A stretch of DNA of 64,000 nt from Chitinophagales bacterium (GCA_044228065.1 JBGAVP010000006.1:24077-88076); one strand, 5' to 3'. Positions 9,451-20,164 are shown, numbered from the stretch's first letter. A program made the numbers and translations. Notes: generated by a model from the letters alone, not told the origin.

Positions 9451-10854
9451 TTACGGGTTAACTTGTAACTCCCACCAAGGTCTGGTTTGCCCTTTTATAA
9501 ACCATGTTTTATCTGGTCCACCTTCATCTATGGTTATCTTAAACATCTGCTCATATTTTGCAGGTTTTTGGATGATATAATTTATAGGTGTTTCACTATT
9601 GTAGGTGTCTAATCCATCATCCCAAGTAATCGTAACTTTGGCACCATCTAAAATATTTACTTTAATGTGTGGCTGCTCCGTATAGCTATAGGTAGCGAAC
9701 AAGGTAAATGACCTCCCATCATTCAGTTTTATCTTTCCATCTACTATGGTTGCTTTTAAAGGTACTACTGCAGGCGGTGGAGGCGGTGCATTGTATACGG
9801 GAGCCGAATTTGGATTGTAGGTAGTGGTATTGCTTGAGCTAGTGCTTGTTGGCTTTTGACCATTTGATAAATCGCCTACATTGCTTCTTAATCTTAGTAC
9901 AAAAAAACCTTTGCTATCTCTTTCTATAGCATAGCCGCAGTCTCTACCCATACGCATAAAAGATTTTTTGATAGTAGGAATAGCAGGGTCTTCAAATTCA
10001 ACTCGTACTTGCAAAAAACCTTCCGTTACATTTGGAACTACCACATTCGATTGAGGTGTGTTATTTATTTTTATTCCTTGCATATACAACGTGAAGTTGT
10101 AGCCATCATTAGAATAAAAAGTAAACGTGCCAGGGGGTAAACCTTGTGCTGGAGCTGTTTGCGCTGGTGGGGGAGTAGTAGCTTGTTGAAATTGTTGTAC
10201 CTCATCAGCAGTAGGTAGTGGACCTGGTAAACCTGGGACCACAGGTACTACACGCACATTGCTGCTTACCGAAAATTTTCCGTTGGCAGATTTGTAGCCT
10301 TGTGTATTTCCATCATCATGAAACTCTCCAGCCTTACTACTTTTTATATCAGTTATTTTTCCGTCACTATTGGCTTTTACATCTAGGCTATTGGTAGGTG
10401 CGGTGTTCTGAGATGTAGTGTTGTTTGTATTGTTGGGCACTCCATTAGTGGTAGTGGTGGTAGTAGTGGTAACTACAGTAGTAGTGCTAGTAGTAGGAAC
10501 CACAGCAGCAACTACCACTGGCGGTGTAAATGGTTTTGTTCTAGGCACTACCACTATTCTACCTTTTTCGTTTTTCAACACAGAATAGAGCCCATCATTG
10601 GTAGATCTTTCCAGTATTGTAGAAACAGTGGGTAAACCCGATTTCTGAAATGAGATGGTAATGGGAATATTGCTGCCACTAATATTTTTTGCGGTAGCCC
10701 AAAAATCTGGGGGATTGTTTTGACGAACACTATTTACAAACAATGTAAATTTAAGACTGTCTTCTGAAACCACAGTAATGTTTCCAGTTTGTGCCTTTAG
10801 GTAATTTGTAGCTGCTGTAATCAGAAGTAGCAAAAAAAGTGCTTTAGATTTCAT
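9451..10854 (-). CDS. hypothetical secreted protein with Thr-rich and Pro-rich linkers and an internally duplicated beta-rich domain
   Basis: Has a signal peptide. The segment LKFTLFVNSVRQNNPP... recurs as YNFTLYMQGIKINNTPQ.... A poly-Thr tract (TTTVVTTTTTTTT) is present. Confidence 0.6.
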   Translation of the reverse strand: MKSKALFLLLLITAATNYLKAQTGNITVVSEDSLKFTLFVNSVRQNNPPDFWATAKNISGSNIPITISFQKSGLPTVSTILERSTNDGLYSVLKNEKGRIVVVPRTKPFTPPVVVAAVVPTTSTTTVVTTTTTTTTNGVPNNTNNTTSQNTAPTNSLDVKANSDGKITDIKSSKAGEFHDDGNTQGYKSANGKFSVSSNVRVVPVVPGLPGPLPTADEVQQFQQATTPPPAQTAPAQGLPPGTFTFYSNDGYNFTLYMQGIKINNTPQSNVVVPNVTEGFLQVRVEFEDPAIPTIKKSFMRMGRDCGYAIERDSKGFFVLRLRSNVGDLSNGQKPTSTSSSNTTTYNPNSAPVYNAPPPPPAVVPLKATIVDGKIKLNDGRSFTLFATYSYTEQPHIKVNILDGAKVTITWDDGLDTYNSETPINYIIQKPAKYEQMFKITIDEGGPDKTWFIKGQTRPWWELQVNP

Positions 10855-11203
10855 GTTGGTTGGTTTGGTTATTAAATTTAAAATATATTATAGTTATTTT
10901 TAATAAATGGTTTGGGAAAACCCTGCCGAAGTTTCGAACCTTCGAGCAGAGTGTTTTCCAACCACTGAAAAAGATTGAATACGATTTTAAGAATGCAATT
11001 CGTGTTTTATTTTTTTAATGATTAATTAACGAAACAAAGCTAGGTGGAACCGAATAGGAGGAATAAGATACATGTATTGTTTAAGTAATGTTTGGTTCGT
11101 GTGTCTAAAGTTATTTTTCTGAAACTATTGCTATTAAACAGTTTTAGTAAAATGATTATGAGTTCAGTAAAAGTGAAGTAACCCAAAATTGAAACCCTAA
11201 AAG

Positions 11204-12736
11204 ATGGCAAGTAGTTCAATAGATATCAATTCCGCAATCGTAAGAAATGTAAAAGACCTCTCGGTAGAGGCAAAAGCAATTTTCAGAAAAACCTTTAGCA
11301 AAGCGCCATTGATGTTAGCTTTTCTAGATTTTTTAGAGCAACAGAAACAAGAAAAATTTAAAACCAATGAGGCTGTTCTGTATTTATATAAAATTAAAAA
11401 CAGCCACAAAGATTACGTTCAGTATGAAAATAGATTCTTCAAACTTCGTAAAAAACTATACGACTATTTTCATTCAGCTGTGGTAGAAACACACCCTGTT
11501 TTTACACCACAAGAAATTCAATTACATGAGATAAAAAATCTCACTATCGCTGGCAGATACAAAGAAGCATCTACATTGTTAATCAATTTCGAAAAGAAAT
11601 TATGGGATGAAAATATTTTTGAATTATTGCCAGAAGTATTAGATCTAGCTATTCACAATAATCAGATGCAGCGAAAGACAGATGAGAACAAACCGTTGTA
11701 TGCAAGATTAGATTTAGCAAACGAACTTTCTTTCGACATTATAGAAGCAAAGAAATTAGCCCGGTTGATTTACGACATCAACATGACTTTGGGTATAAAA
11801 GAGGCTACTCCTTTTTTTGTAAAGCTACAACGACTCGCTATCAAGCACAAAAAGTATCCTCGCTTCAAGCTCATTTACAATCTTATTTCAGCCAATTGCA
11901 AATTGGGAGGTGGAGGATTAGATTTTAAACCCGACTTTAAAATCACCAATCGCTTTATCAAAGTAATCACCAAAATTCATACGCTGCATCCCCTCATGCC
12001 TGACTATCGCTTCATTGCAGGGTACACAGCCAATCAAAATTACATTTTCGAAAATTTGAATGTAATGAATCACTTTAATGCATTTCATTTCAGAGATGCA
12101 GCCAATTTGATTAAATCAGTCTATGATTCTGTGATGGAAGAAAACTCTCCTCTGAAGCGAATGCGCACACCTGTTTTTTTTACATCATCAGCACTTGTCT
12201 TTACACTGGGAGAGCGACCACATGATGCATTAAAGGCGTCCAAAGATTTTTTAAGCTATGTGGTAGATACCAATCAAACAAATAATCTTTTAAATGCTTA
12301 CATAGAAATAGCCAATGCAGATGTTTGGGTATATCCATCCTCTTCGGGCTTTTCCAACAATTTTCTATCAGACAAAATTGAGCAATACATTCGCTCTGTA
12401 AAAGATGGAGAATATAGTCATTACTATCTAGGCATGGCCAACTGGCTCAAAATAAAATGGCTGCTAGTGACAGAAGAATATTCAAAAGCAAAAAGTGTGT
12501 TTGATCATGCCGATTTCACCAGCTATTTCATGGATAAAAAATTAGGAAAGAATGTAGAAGAGTTGATTTTATTGCTTCTCGATAAAACATCTTTAGAGAA
12601 AAAAAGAAAAAGAATGGAAGACCTCATAAAAACACTGCACTTACTCAAACTCAATACTAAACTACCTCCAGACTATGCCAACTATCTTTTTTTAGAAACT
12701 TTCTTGACCAGAAAACTAAAAGCTAGTTCCATCTAA
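11204..12736 (+). CDS. hypothetical cytoplasmic protein (helical-repeat-like)
   Basis: 510-aa uninterrupted ORF with no signal peptide. No family recognised. Confidence 0.5.
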   Translation: MASSSIDINSAIVRNVKDLSVEAKAIFRKTFSKAPLMLAFLDFLEQQKQEKFKTNEAVLYLYKIKNSHKDYVQYENRFFKLRKKLYDYFHSAVVETHPVFTPQEIQLHEIKNLTIAGRYKEASTLLINFEKKLWDENIFELLPEVLDLAIHNNQMQRKTDENKPLYARLDLANELSFDIIEAKKLARLIYDINMTLGIKEATPFFVKLQRLAIKHKKYPRFKLIYNLISANCKLGGGGLDFKPDFKITNRFIKVITKIHTLHPLMPDYRFIAGYTANQNYIFENLNVMNHFNAFHFRDAANLIKSVYDSVMEENSPLKRMRTPVFFTSSALVFTLGERPHDALKASKDFLSYVVDTNQTNNLLNAYIEIANADVWVYPSSSGFSNNFLSDKIEQYIRSVKDGEYSHYYLGMANWLKIKWLLVTEEYSKAKSVFDHADFTSYFMDKKLGKNVEELILLLLDKTSLEKKRKRMEDLIKTLHLLKLNTKLPPDYANYLFLETFLTRKLKASSI

Positions 12737-12850
12737 AATGAACTTTTATACAATTTTCGAAAAAGAATTGACCTGGGTAAATATCTGTAAGTCATTCTTA
12801 TCATCTAGCATTTTTAATACTAGATTTGCATTTCAATTCATCAAAATACA

Positions 12851-14191
12851 TTGAAGAAGATTTTAATAATAGATGACGAAGAAAAGCTGAGAAGCTTACT
12901 TACAAGAATTATCAGCTTGGAAGGTTTTGATGTATCGCAAGCTGGTGATTGTAAATCAGCTTTGAAAAAACTAGAACAATCAGATATAGATGTAGTGTTA
13001 TGTGATGTAAAGTTACCCGATGGAAATGGAGTTGATTTTTCGAAAAAAATAAAAGAATTATATCCTACACTAGAAATCATTTTATTGACTGCTTATGGAA
13101 ATATTCCTGACGGAGTGCAGGCCATAAAAAACGGTGCATTTGATTATATCACCAAAGGAGATGATAACAACAAGATTATACCTCTGCTCTATCGTGCCAT
13201 AGAAAAATCAGAATTATCGAAAAGAATTCAAAAGCTCGAAAAGCAGTTAGGTGACAAACATTCTTTTGATTCTATCATTGGAAAATCGAAGGCTATACAA
13301 CTTGCTGTAGATTTAGCCAAGAAAGTATCTGAGACAGATACCACAGTGCTTTTAACAGGAGAAACAGGAACAGGGAAAGAGGTTTTTGCACAAGCGATTC
13401 ATCAAGCAAGTAAACGCAATGGTAAAAATTTTGTAGCTATCAATTGTTCAGCATTCAGTAAAGATTTATTGGAAAATGAAATGTTTGGACATAAGGCGGG
13501 AGCCTTTACGGGTGCTGCAAAAGACCAAAGAGGGTTGTTTGAAGAAGCGAATAACGGAACAATATTTTTAGATGAAATTGGTGAGATGAGTTTGGAATTG
13601 CAAGCAAAACTTTTGCGTGTATTGGAAACAGGCGAATTCTTAAGAGTGGGTGAGACAAAGACTACCAAAGTGAGTGTAAGAATTATAGCTGCTACACATC
13701 GAAATTTGCATCAAGAAATACTATTGGGAAATTTCAGAGAGGATTTATTTTATCGTTTATCCGTATTTCAAATTAAACTGCCAGCACTTCGCGAAAGGGT
13801 CATGGATATTGAGCTTTTGGCAAAACATTTTATGCAATTATTTTGTACAAAGACCAACAAGAAAAACAAACAACTTTCCACAGATTTCCTCGAAGCATTG
13901 AAGCAGCATAACTTTCCGGGAAATATTAGAGAACTCAAAAACATCATAGAACGATCTGTAATTCTGAGCACATCAGATGACTTAACAATAGACACACTAC
14001 CTTTTGAAATAGCCCATAAACCTACATCTGCCAATGGTAAAATCCTCTCGGCATTTGATTTGACAAGTGTAGAGAAACTGCATATCCAAAAAGTACTCAA
14101 TTATACCAATGGAAACAAAACAGAAGCAGCCAAACTTTTAGGAATAGGTGCTGCCACCCTGTATAGAAAAATCGAAGAGTATAAATTGTAA
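12851..14191 (+). CDS. sigma-54-dependent response regulator (NtrC/Fis family)
   Basis: Receiver domain (ILIIDDEE...DVVLCDVKLPDGNG), AAA+ sigma-54 activator core (LLTGETGTGKEVFA, GAFTGA, ESELFGH-like NEMFGHKAGAF) and a C-terminal Fis-type HTH (GNKTEAAKLLGIGAATLYRKI). TTG start. Confidence 0.9.
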   Translation: MKKILIIDDEEKLRSLLTRIISLEGFDVSQAGDCKSALKKLEQSDIDVVLCDVKLPDGNGVDFSKKIKELYPTLEIILLTAYGNIPDGVQAIKNGAFDYITKGDDNNKIIPLLYRAIEKSELSKRIQKLEKQLGDKHSFDSIIGKSKAIQLAVDLAKKVSETDTTVLLTGETGTGKEVFAQAIHQASKRNGKNFVAINCSAFSKDLLENEMFGHKAGAFTGAAKDQRGLFEEANNGTIFLDEIGEMSLELQAKLLRVLETGEFLRVGETKTTKVSVRIIAATHRNLHQEILLGNFREDLFYRLSVFQIKLPALRERVMDIELLAKHFMQLFCTKTNKKNKQLSTDFLEALKQHNFPGNIRELKNIIERSVILSTSDDLTIDTLPFEIAHKPTSANGKILSAFDLTSVEKLHIQKVLNYTNGNKTEAAKLLGIGAATLYRKIEEYKL

Positions 14192-14214
14192 AAGCCTCTC
14201 ATTTTGATTCATTC

Positions 14215-14241
14215 ACTCTCTCATTTTGAGAGAGTTTTTTC
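14215..14241 (+). terminator. rho-independent terminator after the response-regulator gene
   Basis: ACTCTCTC-ATTTT-GAGAGAGT stem-loop followed by TTTTTT. Confidence 0.5.
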
Positions 14242-14332
14242 TTTATAACATTTCACCTTTCATTTTTATCAGATAGCTGAAACTATTACTGTAATTAGCT
14301 TTCAGTCACAATCTTTGAATTGTAAAATTCAG

Positions 14333-14347
14333 TGGCACTACTTTGGC
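14333..14347 (+). promoter_or_regulatory. sigma-54 (-24/-12) promoter candidate for the kdp operon
   Basis: TGGCAC-TACTT-TGGC keeps the GG-N10-GC spacing and has one mismatch to TGGCAC-N5-TTGC. It lies about 120 nt upstream of kdpF, downstream of a sigma-54 activator gene. Confidence 0.6.
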
Positions 14348-14466
14348 TTACCCCATGCCAAACAAATCTACTATGATTACCATCATTCTCACCACAGCAG
14401 GAGTTATCTGTTTTGCAGTGTTTTTTAAGGCTATTCATTTTTTCGAAACCATTTAAAAATCTAAAC

Positions 14467-14544
14467 ATGCTCGCACTATTTATTACCGCTTTAATAGTAT
14501 TCTCCTACATGGTGTATGTATTAATTAAACCAGAAAAATTTTAA
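14467..14544 (+). CDS. kdpF: K+-transporting ATPase subunit F
   Basis: 25-aa hydrophobic peptide MLALFITALIVFSYMVYVLIKPEKF, ending 1 nt before kdpA. The length and the ...KPEKF terminus are typical of KdpF. It is not in the supplied ORF track because it is too short. Confidence 0.75.
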   Translation: MLALFITALIVFSYMVYVLIKPEKF

Positions 14545-14545
14545 C

Positions 14546-16246
14546 ATGAACACAGAAATACTCGGCATCATTTTGATGTATTCAATCCTTCTACTTTTTG
14601 CCATACCACTTGGCAGATATATAGGTAAGATTTTCAGCAATGAAAAAACTTGGTTAGATGTAATCTTTAATCCTATCGACAAACTTTTTTTCAAAATAAG
14701 TGGGATAGATAGCACAAAAGAAATGACATGGAAGGCACACTTAATGGCACTCCTTACTATCAATGTACTATGGTTTCTCATCTCTATGTTTGTACTTACC
14801 AATATGAGTTGGCTTCCGCTCAACCCTGACTCAAACCCTTCTATGACGGGCGATTTGGCGTTTAACACTTCCGTGAGTTTCGTGACCAATACCAATCTGC
14901 AACATTACTCTGGCGAAACAGGATTATCCTATTTAGGGCAACTTGTTCTGATGTTGTGGCAATTTATAAGTGCGGGATGTGGTATCGCTATTTGTGCGGT
15001 TGTGTTCTTAGCTATGAAAGAAAAAACAACAAACACACTTGGTAATTTTTACTTCTTTTTTGTGAGAAGTTGTACAAGAGTTTTATTGCCTATTTCTTTT
15101 ATTGTAGCGATTGTATTGGCGTTCAATGGTACTCCTATGACCTTTGAAGGAAAGGACACCATCACTACCCTACAAGGGGATACGGTGCAAGTAAGCCGTG
15201 GACCAGTAGCGGCTTTTGTTGCTATTAAACAACTCGGAACCAATGGCGGTGGATTCTATGGCCCTAATTCTGCGCATCCATTAGAGAATCCCAACTACCT
15301 TACAAATATTGTAGAAACTGTTTCTATTCTTTTGATTCCGATGGCTCTGGTTTTTGCAATGGGTTATGTTTTGAAACGCAAAAAATTAGCATGGACAATT
15401 TTTGGTGTAATGACTATTGGTTTCTTCTGCTTCTTGATTCCATCTGTGATGAGTGAAATGAATGGCAATCCTGCCATCGGTCATCTGGGTATTGCACAGC
15501 CTATGGGCAGTATGGAGGGAAAAGAAGTTCGCTTTGGATCCGCTGCTTCTGCTTACTGGGCTATCAATACAACCGTGACCAGCAATGGTTCGGTGAATGC
15601 TATGCACGATAGCATGACTCCGCTCACTGGTATGTTTACCATGCTTGGTATGATGGTTAATGCATTTTTTGGCGGAGTAGGAGTAGGCTTTTTGAACTTC
15701 TATATTTTTATCATTCTAGCTGTATTTATCAGTGGCTTAATGGTGGGTCGTACCCCCGAGTTTTTAGGCAAAAAAGTAGAAGCTAAAGAAATGAAAGTAG
15801 CCATGATGATAGCGCTCTTGCATCCATTTCTAATTTTAGCAAGTACAGCTATATCTAGTCATTTGTATGCTCATAATCCAACTGAATACGCAGGTTGGTT
15901 AGCTAATCCCGGCTATCATGGTTTCAGCGAGATGTTGTATGAGTTTACATCTTCTTCTGCTAATAACGGTAGCGGATTCGAAGGACTTGGTGACAACACT
16001 CCTTTTTGGAACATAGTATGTGGAGTGGTGATGCTGCTCGCTCGATATCTACCAATCATTGGACCAGTTGCTATTGCTGGAATTTTGGCGAGTAAAAAAT
16101 ATATTCCAGAGAGCAATGGTACACTCAAAACAGATACTGCCACCTTTGGGCTGATGATTTTTGCTGTCATTTTTATCGTAGCAGCGCTTTCATTTTTTCC
16201 AGCTCTTACATTAGGACCGATTGCAGAATTTTTCAGCATTCGCTAA
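14546..16246 (+). CDS. kdpA: potassium-transporting ATPase subunit A
   Basis: 566-aa polytopic protein with KdpA selectivity-filter-like segments ([30 protein letters not shown]). Confidence 0.95.
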   Translation: MNTEILGIILMYSILLLFAIPLGRYIGKIFSNEKTWLDVIFNPIDKLFFKISGIDSTKEMTWKAHLMALLTINVLWFLISMFVLTNMSWLPLNPDSNPSMTGDLAFNTSVSFVTNTNLQHYSGETGLSYLGQLVLMLWQFISAGCGIAICAVVFLAMKEKTTNTLGNFYFFFVRSCTRVLLPISFIVAIVLAFNGTPMTFEGKDTITTLQGDTVQVSRGPVAAFVAIKQLGTNGGGFYGPNSAHPLENPNYLTNIVETVSILLIPMALVFAMGYVLKRKKLAWTIFGVMTIGFFCFLIPSVMSEMNGNPAIGHLGIAQPMGSMEGKEVRFGSAASAYWAINTTVTSNGSVNAMHDSMTPLTGMFTMLGMMVNAFFGGVGVGFLNFYIFIILAVFISGLMVGRTPEFLGKKVEAKEMKVAMMIALLHPFLILASTAISSHLYAHNPTEYAGWLANPGYHGFSEMLYEFTSSSANNGSGFEGLGDNTPFWNIVCGVVMLLARYLPIIGPVAIAGILASKKYIPESNGTLKTDTATFGLMIFAVIFIVAALSFFPALTLGPIAEFFSIR

Positions 16247-16277
16247 ACAACACATTTCACATCTAACAGAAAAACAA

Positions 16278-18296
16278 ATGAAATCAAATAACACATCCTT
16301 ATTTCAGAAAGAATTGGTGAACGAAGCTCTTCGTCAATCTTTCGTGAAACTCAATCCTAAAACGATGTTCCGAAACCCAGTAATGTTTACGGTGGAAATA
16401 GGAACGCTGGTAGTGTTCATCGTATGCTTATGGATTCTTATCGGTGAAAAATCACAAGGCAGTTTTACCTACAATTTTTTTGTATTCCTGATTCTGCTGC
16501 TTACCTTATTATTTGCAAATTTTGCAGAAGCCATTGCGGAAGCAAGAGGAAAAGCACAAGCAGATTCACTCAGAAAAACGAGAGAAGAAACTCCTGCAAG
16601 ATTAGAAAATGGTCAAACTATTTCTTCTGCACAGCTTAAGAAAGGAGATATATTTATTTGCGAAGCGGGCGATGTGATTGCAACCGATGGCGAAATAATA
16701 GAGGGAATAGCTACCATAGATGAATCAGCCATCACAGGTGAAAGTGCTCCCGTAATCAGAGAATCAGGTGGAGATAAATCTTCTGTCACAGGTGGCACCA
16801 AGGTTCTATCAGATAAAATAAAAGTGGTTGTGACCACACAACCTGGTGAAAGCTTTTTGGACAAGATGATTGCATTGGTAGAAGGTGCATCTCGACAAAA
16901 AACGCCAAACGAAATAGCATTGACAATTCTGCTTGCAGGCTTTACATTAGTATTCATAATCGTTTGTACTACTCTAAAACCATTTGCAGATTATGCTCAT
17001 ACGCCTATTACCATTGCAGCTTTTATCTCTCTCTTTGTTTGTCTAATTCCTACTACTATTGGTGGTTTGCTTTCTGCGATTGGTATAGCAGGAATGGACA
17101 GAGCGTTACGCTCTAATGTGATTACAAAAAGCGGCAAAGCTGTAGAGACTGCTGGTGATATTGATGTGTTACTTTTAGATAAGACAGGAACCATCACTAT
17201 TGGCAATAGAAAGGCTACCAATTTTTATCCAGCCAATGGTATTTCGGAACAAGTATTTTTGCAAGCTTGTGTCTATTCATCTTTAGCAGATGAAACTCCC
17301 GAAGGCAAATCTATCATTGAGTTGGCAGGAAAAGAAGTAACTAAAAATCTTTCGATAGAAGGAGCTACTCTTATAAAATTTACAGCAGAAACAAGATGCA
17401 GTGGTGTGAATCTAACGAGTGGTGCTCGCATTCGCAAAGGCGCCACCGATGCCATCAAAAAAATTTCAGAAAATGCAGGCAATACTTTTCCGAATGAAAC
17501 AGCTGAAAGAGTAAAAACAATTTCCAGTAATGGAGGTACACCTTTGGTAGTTTCTGAAAATGAAAAAATACTTGGGGTGATAGAACTGCAAGATATCATC
17601 AAGCCCGGTATTCAAGAGCGATTTGAGCGCTTACGCAAAATGGGAATAAAGACCGTAATGGTGACGGGCGACAATCCTTTGACTGCAAAATTTATAGCTG
17701 AAAAAGCAGGAGTAGATGATTTTATAGCCGAAGCAAAGCCAGAGGATAAAATGAACTACATCCGTAAGGAGCAAGCTGAAGGCAGATTAGTAGCCATGAT
17801 GGGTGATGGTACCAATGATGCACCAGCATTAGCTCAAGCAGATGTAGGTGTAGCAATGAATAGTGGCACACAAGCTGCTAAAGAAGCTGGCAACATGGTA
17901 GACTTAGACAACGACCCTACCAAGCTCATTGAAATTGTAGAAATCGGGAAACAACTGTTGATGACTCGTGGAACCCTCACTACGTTTTCCATTGCCAATG
18001 ATGTAGCAAAATATTTTGCGATAGTGCCTGCATTATTCATTGCATCCATTCCAGCATTGCAAGGACTCAATATTATGAGATTACACTCACCAGAAAGTGC
18101 CATTCTTTCTGCCGTAATTTTTAATGCCATTATCATTCCTATGCTCATTCCATTAGCGTTACGAGGCGTAGCATACAAGCCAATTGGTGCATCCGCCTTA
18201 CTTCGTAGAAATTTATTCATCTACGGATTAGGAGGTGTAATCGTACCTTTTATCGGCATCAAATTGATAGACTTACTCGTTTCATTCGTAATGTAA
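16278..18296 (+). CDS. kdpB: potassium-transporting P-type ATPase subunit B
   Basis: P-type ATPase motifs DKTGTIT, TGDN and [13 protein letters not shown]. The ATG at 16278 is preferred because the ORF-track start at 16221 overlaps the end of kdpA. Confidence 0.95.
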   Translation: MKSNNTSLFQKELVNEALRQSFVKLNPKTMFRNPVMFTVEIGTLVVFIVCLWILIGEKSQGSFTYNFFVFLILLLTLLFANFAEAIAEARGKAQADSLRKTREETPARLENGQTISSAQLKKGDIFICEAGDVIATDGEIIEGIATIDESAITGESAPVIRESGGDKSSVTGGTKVLSDKIKVVVTTQPGESFLDKMIALVEGASRQKTPNEIALTILLAGFTLVFIIVCTTLKPFADYAHTPITIAAFISLFVCLIPTTIGGLLSAIGIAGMDRALRSNVITKSGKAVETAGDIDVLLLDKTGTITIGNRKATNFYPANGISEQVFLQACVYSSLADETPEGKSIIELAGKEVTKNLSIEGATLIKFTAETRCSGVNLTSGARIRKGATDAIKKISENAGNTFPNETAERVKTISSNGGTPLVVSENEKILGVIELQDIIKPGIQERFERLRKMGIKTVMVTGDNPLTAKFIAEKAGVDDFIAEAKPEDKMNYIRKEQAEGRLVAMMGDGTNDAPALAQADVGVAMNSGTQAAKEAGNMVDLDNDPTKLIEIVEIGKQLLMTRGTLTTFSIANDVAKYFAIVPALFIASIPALQGLNIMRLHSPESAILSAVIFNAIIIPMLIPLALRGVAYKPIGASALLRRNLFIYGLGGVIVPFIGIKLIDLLVSFVM

Positions 18297-18345
18297 ATTT
18301 TAAGATTTCACAATTCATTCATCTCACATATATCAACCATAGAAA

Positions 18346-18909
18346 ATGAAAACCAATATTCTTCCAGCTATTAAACTAACGCTTTTCTGTGCCTTCTTTT
18401 TTTCTGGGATTTATACACTAGCAGTGTATGGCATTGCTCAGTTGGCTCCTAATCATGGAAAAGGCGAAGTCATTGTCTATAATGGAAAAACATTTTATAG
18501 CAACATTGCGCAGAACTTTTCGAACGATGCTTATTTTTCATCACGGCCTTCGGCAGTAGCATATAATGCTGCAGGTGCTGGTGGTAGTAACAAAGGACCT
18601 TCTAATCCTGATTATTTAGCAGAGGTAAAGGCTCGAATAGATACTTTTCTTGTGCACAATCCTGATATTAGCAAATCTGAAATACCAAGTGATCTAGTAA
18701 CAGCAAGTGGTGCGGGCTTAGACCCAAATATTTCAGTACCAGCTGCAAAAGTTCAAGTAAAACGAATCGCCAAATTAAGACATCTCTCAGAAGAAAATAT
18801 TCATCAACTCATTGCTTCTAACACCGAAAAACCGTTATTTGGATTGTTCGGAACAGAAAAAATAAACGTACTAAAGCTTAATATTCAACTAAACAACTTA
18901 AAACAATAA
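18346..18909 (+). CDS. kdpC: potassium-transporting ATPase subunit C
   Basis: N-terminal TM helix and the KdpC signature SGAGLDPNISVPAAKVQVKRIA. Confidence 0.9.
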   Translation: MKTNILPAIKLTLFCAFFFSGIYTLAVYGIAQLAPNHGKGEVIVYNGKTFYSNIAQNFSNDAYFSSRPSAVAYNAAGAGGSNKGPSNPDYLAEVKARIDTFLVHNPDISKSEIPSDLVTASGAGLDPNISVPAAKVQVKRIAKLRHLSEENIHQLIASNTEKPLFGLFGTEKINVLKLNIQLNNLKQ

Positions 18910-18910
18910 A

Positions 18911-20164
18911 ATGAAATCGCTCATTTACAAATTCATTACTTTTAAAAAAATAGCACTCACCATGTTTGTGATCATGATTGCTATCAATAGCTATAGCCAA
19001 AATTCACTTTCACCAGCAGAGAGAAAACTACTGATAGAGGAATTAAAAAGAGAGATTCTTGATTCTTTGAGAAGCAGTTCAACCCCAACATTATCGAGCG
19101 TTGATAGCACTAAAGAGGCAACCGAAAAACCTTGGAAAGGCAATTTGGAATTGAGTGCTTATTTAGAGGCTTATTATTTGTATGATTTTAATAATCCTGA
19201 AAATGGAAATCGTCCATCATTTGTATATAGCCACAATCGTCACAACGAATTCAATGTAAATTTAGCATTGATAAAATTAAACTATACTGCTGCAAGATTA
19301 AGAGCCAATGTGGCTTTCATGGCTGGAACGTATAGCAATACCAATCTTTCTTCAGAACCCGGAGTGCTCAAAAATATTTTTGAAGCTAATGCTGGAATCA
19401 ATATTTCTAAGAAGAAACAATTGTGGTTAGATGCTGGTATTTTCGCATCACACATCGGTTTCGAAAGTGCTATAGGTAAAGATTGCTGGAATATGACACG
19501 AAGTATTTTAGCAGACAATTCACCTTACTATGAAAGTGGAATTAAGTTGAGTTATACCTCTGACAATGGAAAACTTTTTGCAAGTGCTTTAATCTTGAAT
19601 GGTTGGCAACGTATTCAAAAAGTGAATGGCAATTCATTGCCAAGTTTTGGATGGCAAATAACGGGAAAACCAAGTGATAAAATCCTCATCAATTCATCTT
19701 CGTTTATAGGAACAGACAAGGCTGATGTAGCAAGGCAAATGCGCTATTTCCATAATCTTTATGCCATTTTCAGTGCTACTGATAATTTTGGAATTACATT
19801 AGGCTTTGATATAGGTGCAGAGCAACAAGTAAAAGGTAGCACCGAATATAATTTATGGTATTCGCCAGTGTTGATTGCCCGTTATCAGCCTATTTCGAAA
19901 CTGGCTTTAGCTGCGCGTTTCGAGTATTATAGTGACAGAAACGGTGTGATAATAGCTACAGGTTCTCCCAATGGTTTTGCCACCTTCGGCTATTCGCTGA
20001 ATGCTGATGTAATTCCATTTGCTAATGCTATGATTCGTGTAGAAGGTCGCTTATTTCAAAGCAGACAAGATGAAATTTTTGAAAAGAGAAATGGCGGTTT
20101 TACTAAACTCAGTCCTAGTCTTGGTCTCAGTTTCGCTTATTCATTTGCACATCAATTCAAATAA
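18911..20164 (+). CDS. outer-membrane porin embedded in the kdp operon
   Basis: Has a signal peptide and aromatic/Gly-rich alternating beta-strand patterns. It starts 1 nt after kdpC. The porin call rests on composition and position only. Confidence 0.55.
   Translation: MKSLIYKFITFKKIALTMFVIMIAINSYSQNSLSPAERKLLIEELKREILDSLRSSSTPTLSSVDSTKEATEKPWKGNLELSAYLEAYYLYDFNNPENGNRPSFVYSHNRHNEFNVNLALIKLNYTAARLRANVAFMAGTYSNTNLSSEPGVLKNIFEANAGINISKKKQLWLDAGIFASHIGFESAIGKDCWNMTRSILADNSPYYESGIKLSYTSDNGKLFASALILNGWQRIQKVNGNSLPSFGWQITGKPSDKILINSSSFIGTDKADVARQMRYFHNLYAIFSATDNFGITLGFDIGAEQQVKGSTEYNLWYSPVLIARYQPISKLALAARFEYYSDRNGVIIATGSPNGFATFGYSLNADVIPFANAMIRVEGRLFQSRQDEIFEKRNGGFTKLSPSLGLSFAYSFAHQFK

Noticed and set aside
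10915-10959. Possible tRNA fragment: on the minus strand, the GGTTCGAAA loop flanked by CGAAG/CTTCG resembles a T-arm.
   Set aside because: The loop is 8 nt, and no acceptor, D or anticodon arms can be drawn around it. It is kept only as a generic structured element in the findings.
14196-14229. Direct repeat CTCTCATTTTGA at 14196-14207 and 14218-14229, 22 nt apart, considered as possible regulator half-sites.
   Set aside because: The second copy forms one arm and the loop of the terminator hairpin after the regulator gene. The repeat is more simply explained by that structure.
16613-18220. Several 70-130-aa minus-strand ORFs inside kdpB (16613-16957, 16997-17221, 17273-17602, 17834-18220). 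Similar antisense ORFs lie inside kdpA, the sigma-54 regulator, the histidine kinase, lepA and dnaB.
   Set aside because: They lie entirely antisense to strongly supported conserved genes. Their translations are low-complexity, Ser/Pro/Ile-rich and motif-free, as expected for shadow ORFs in AT-rich DNA.
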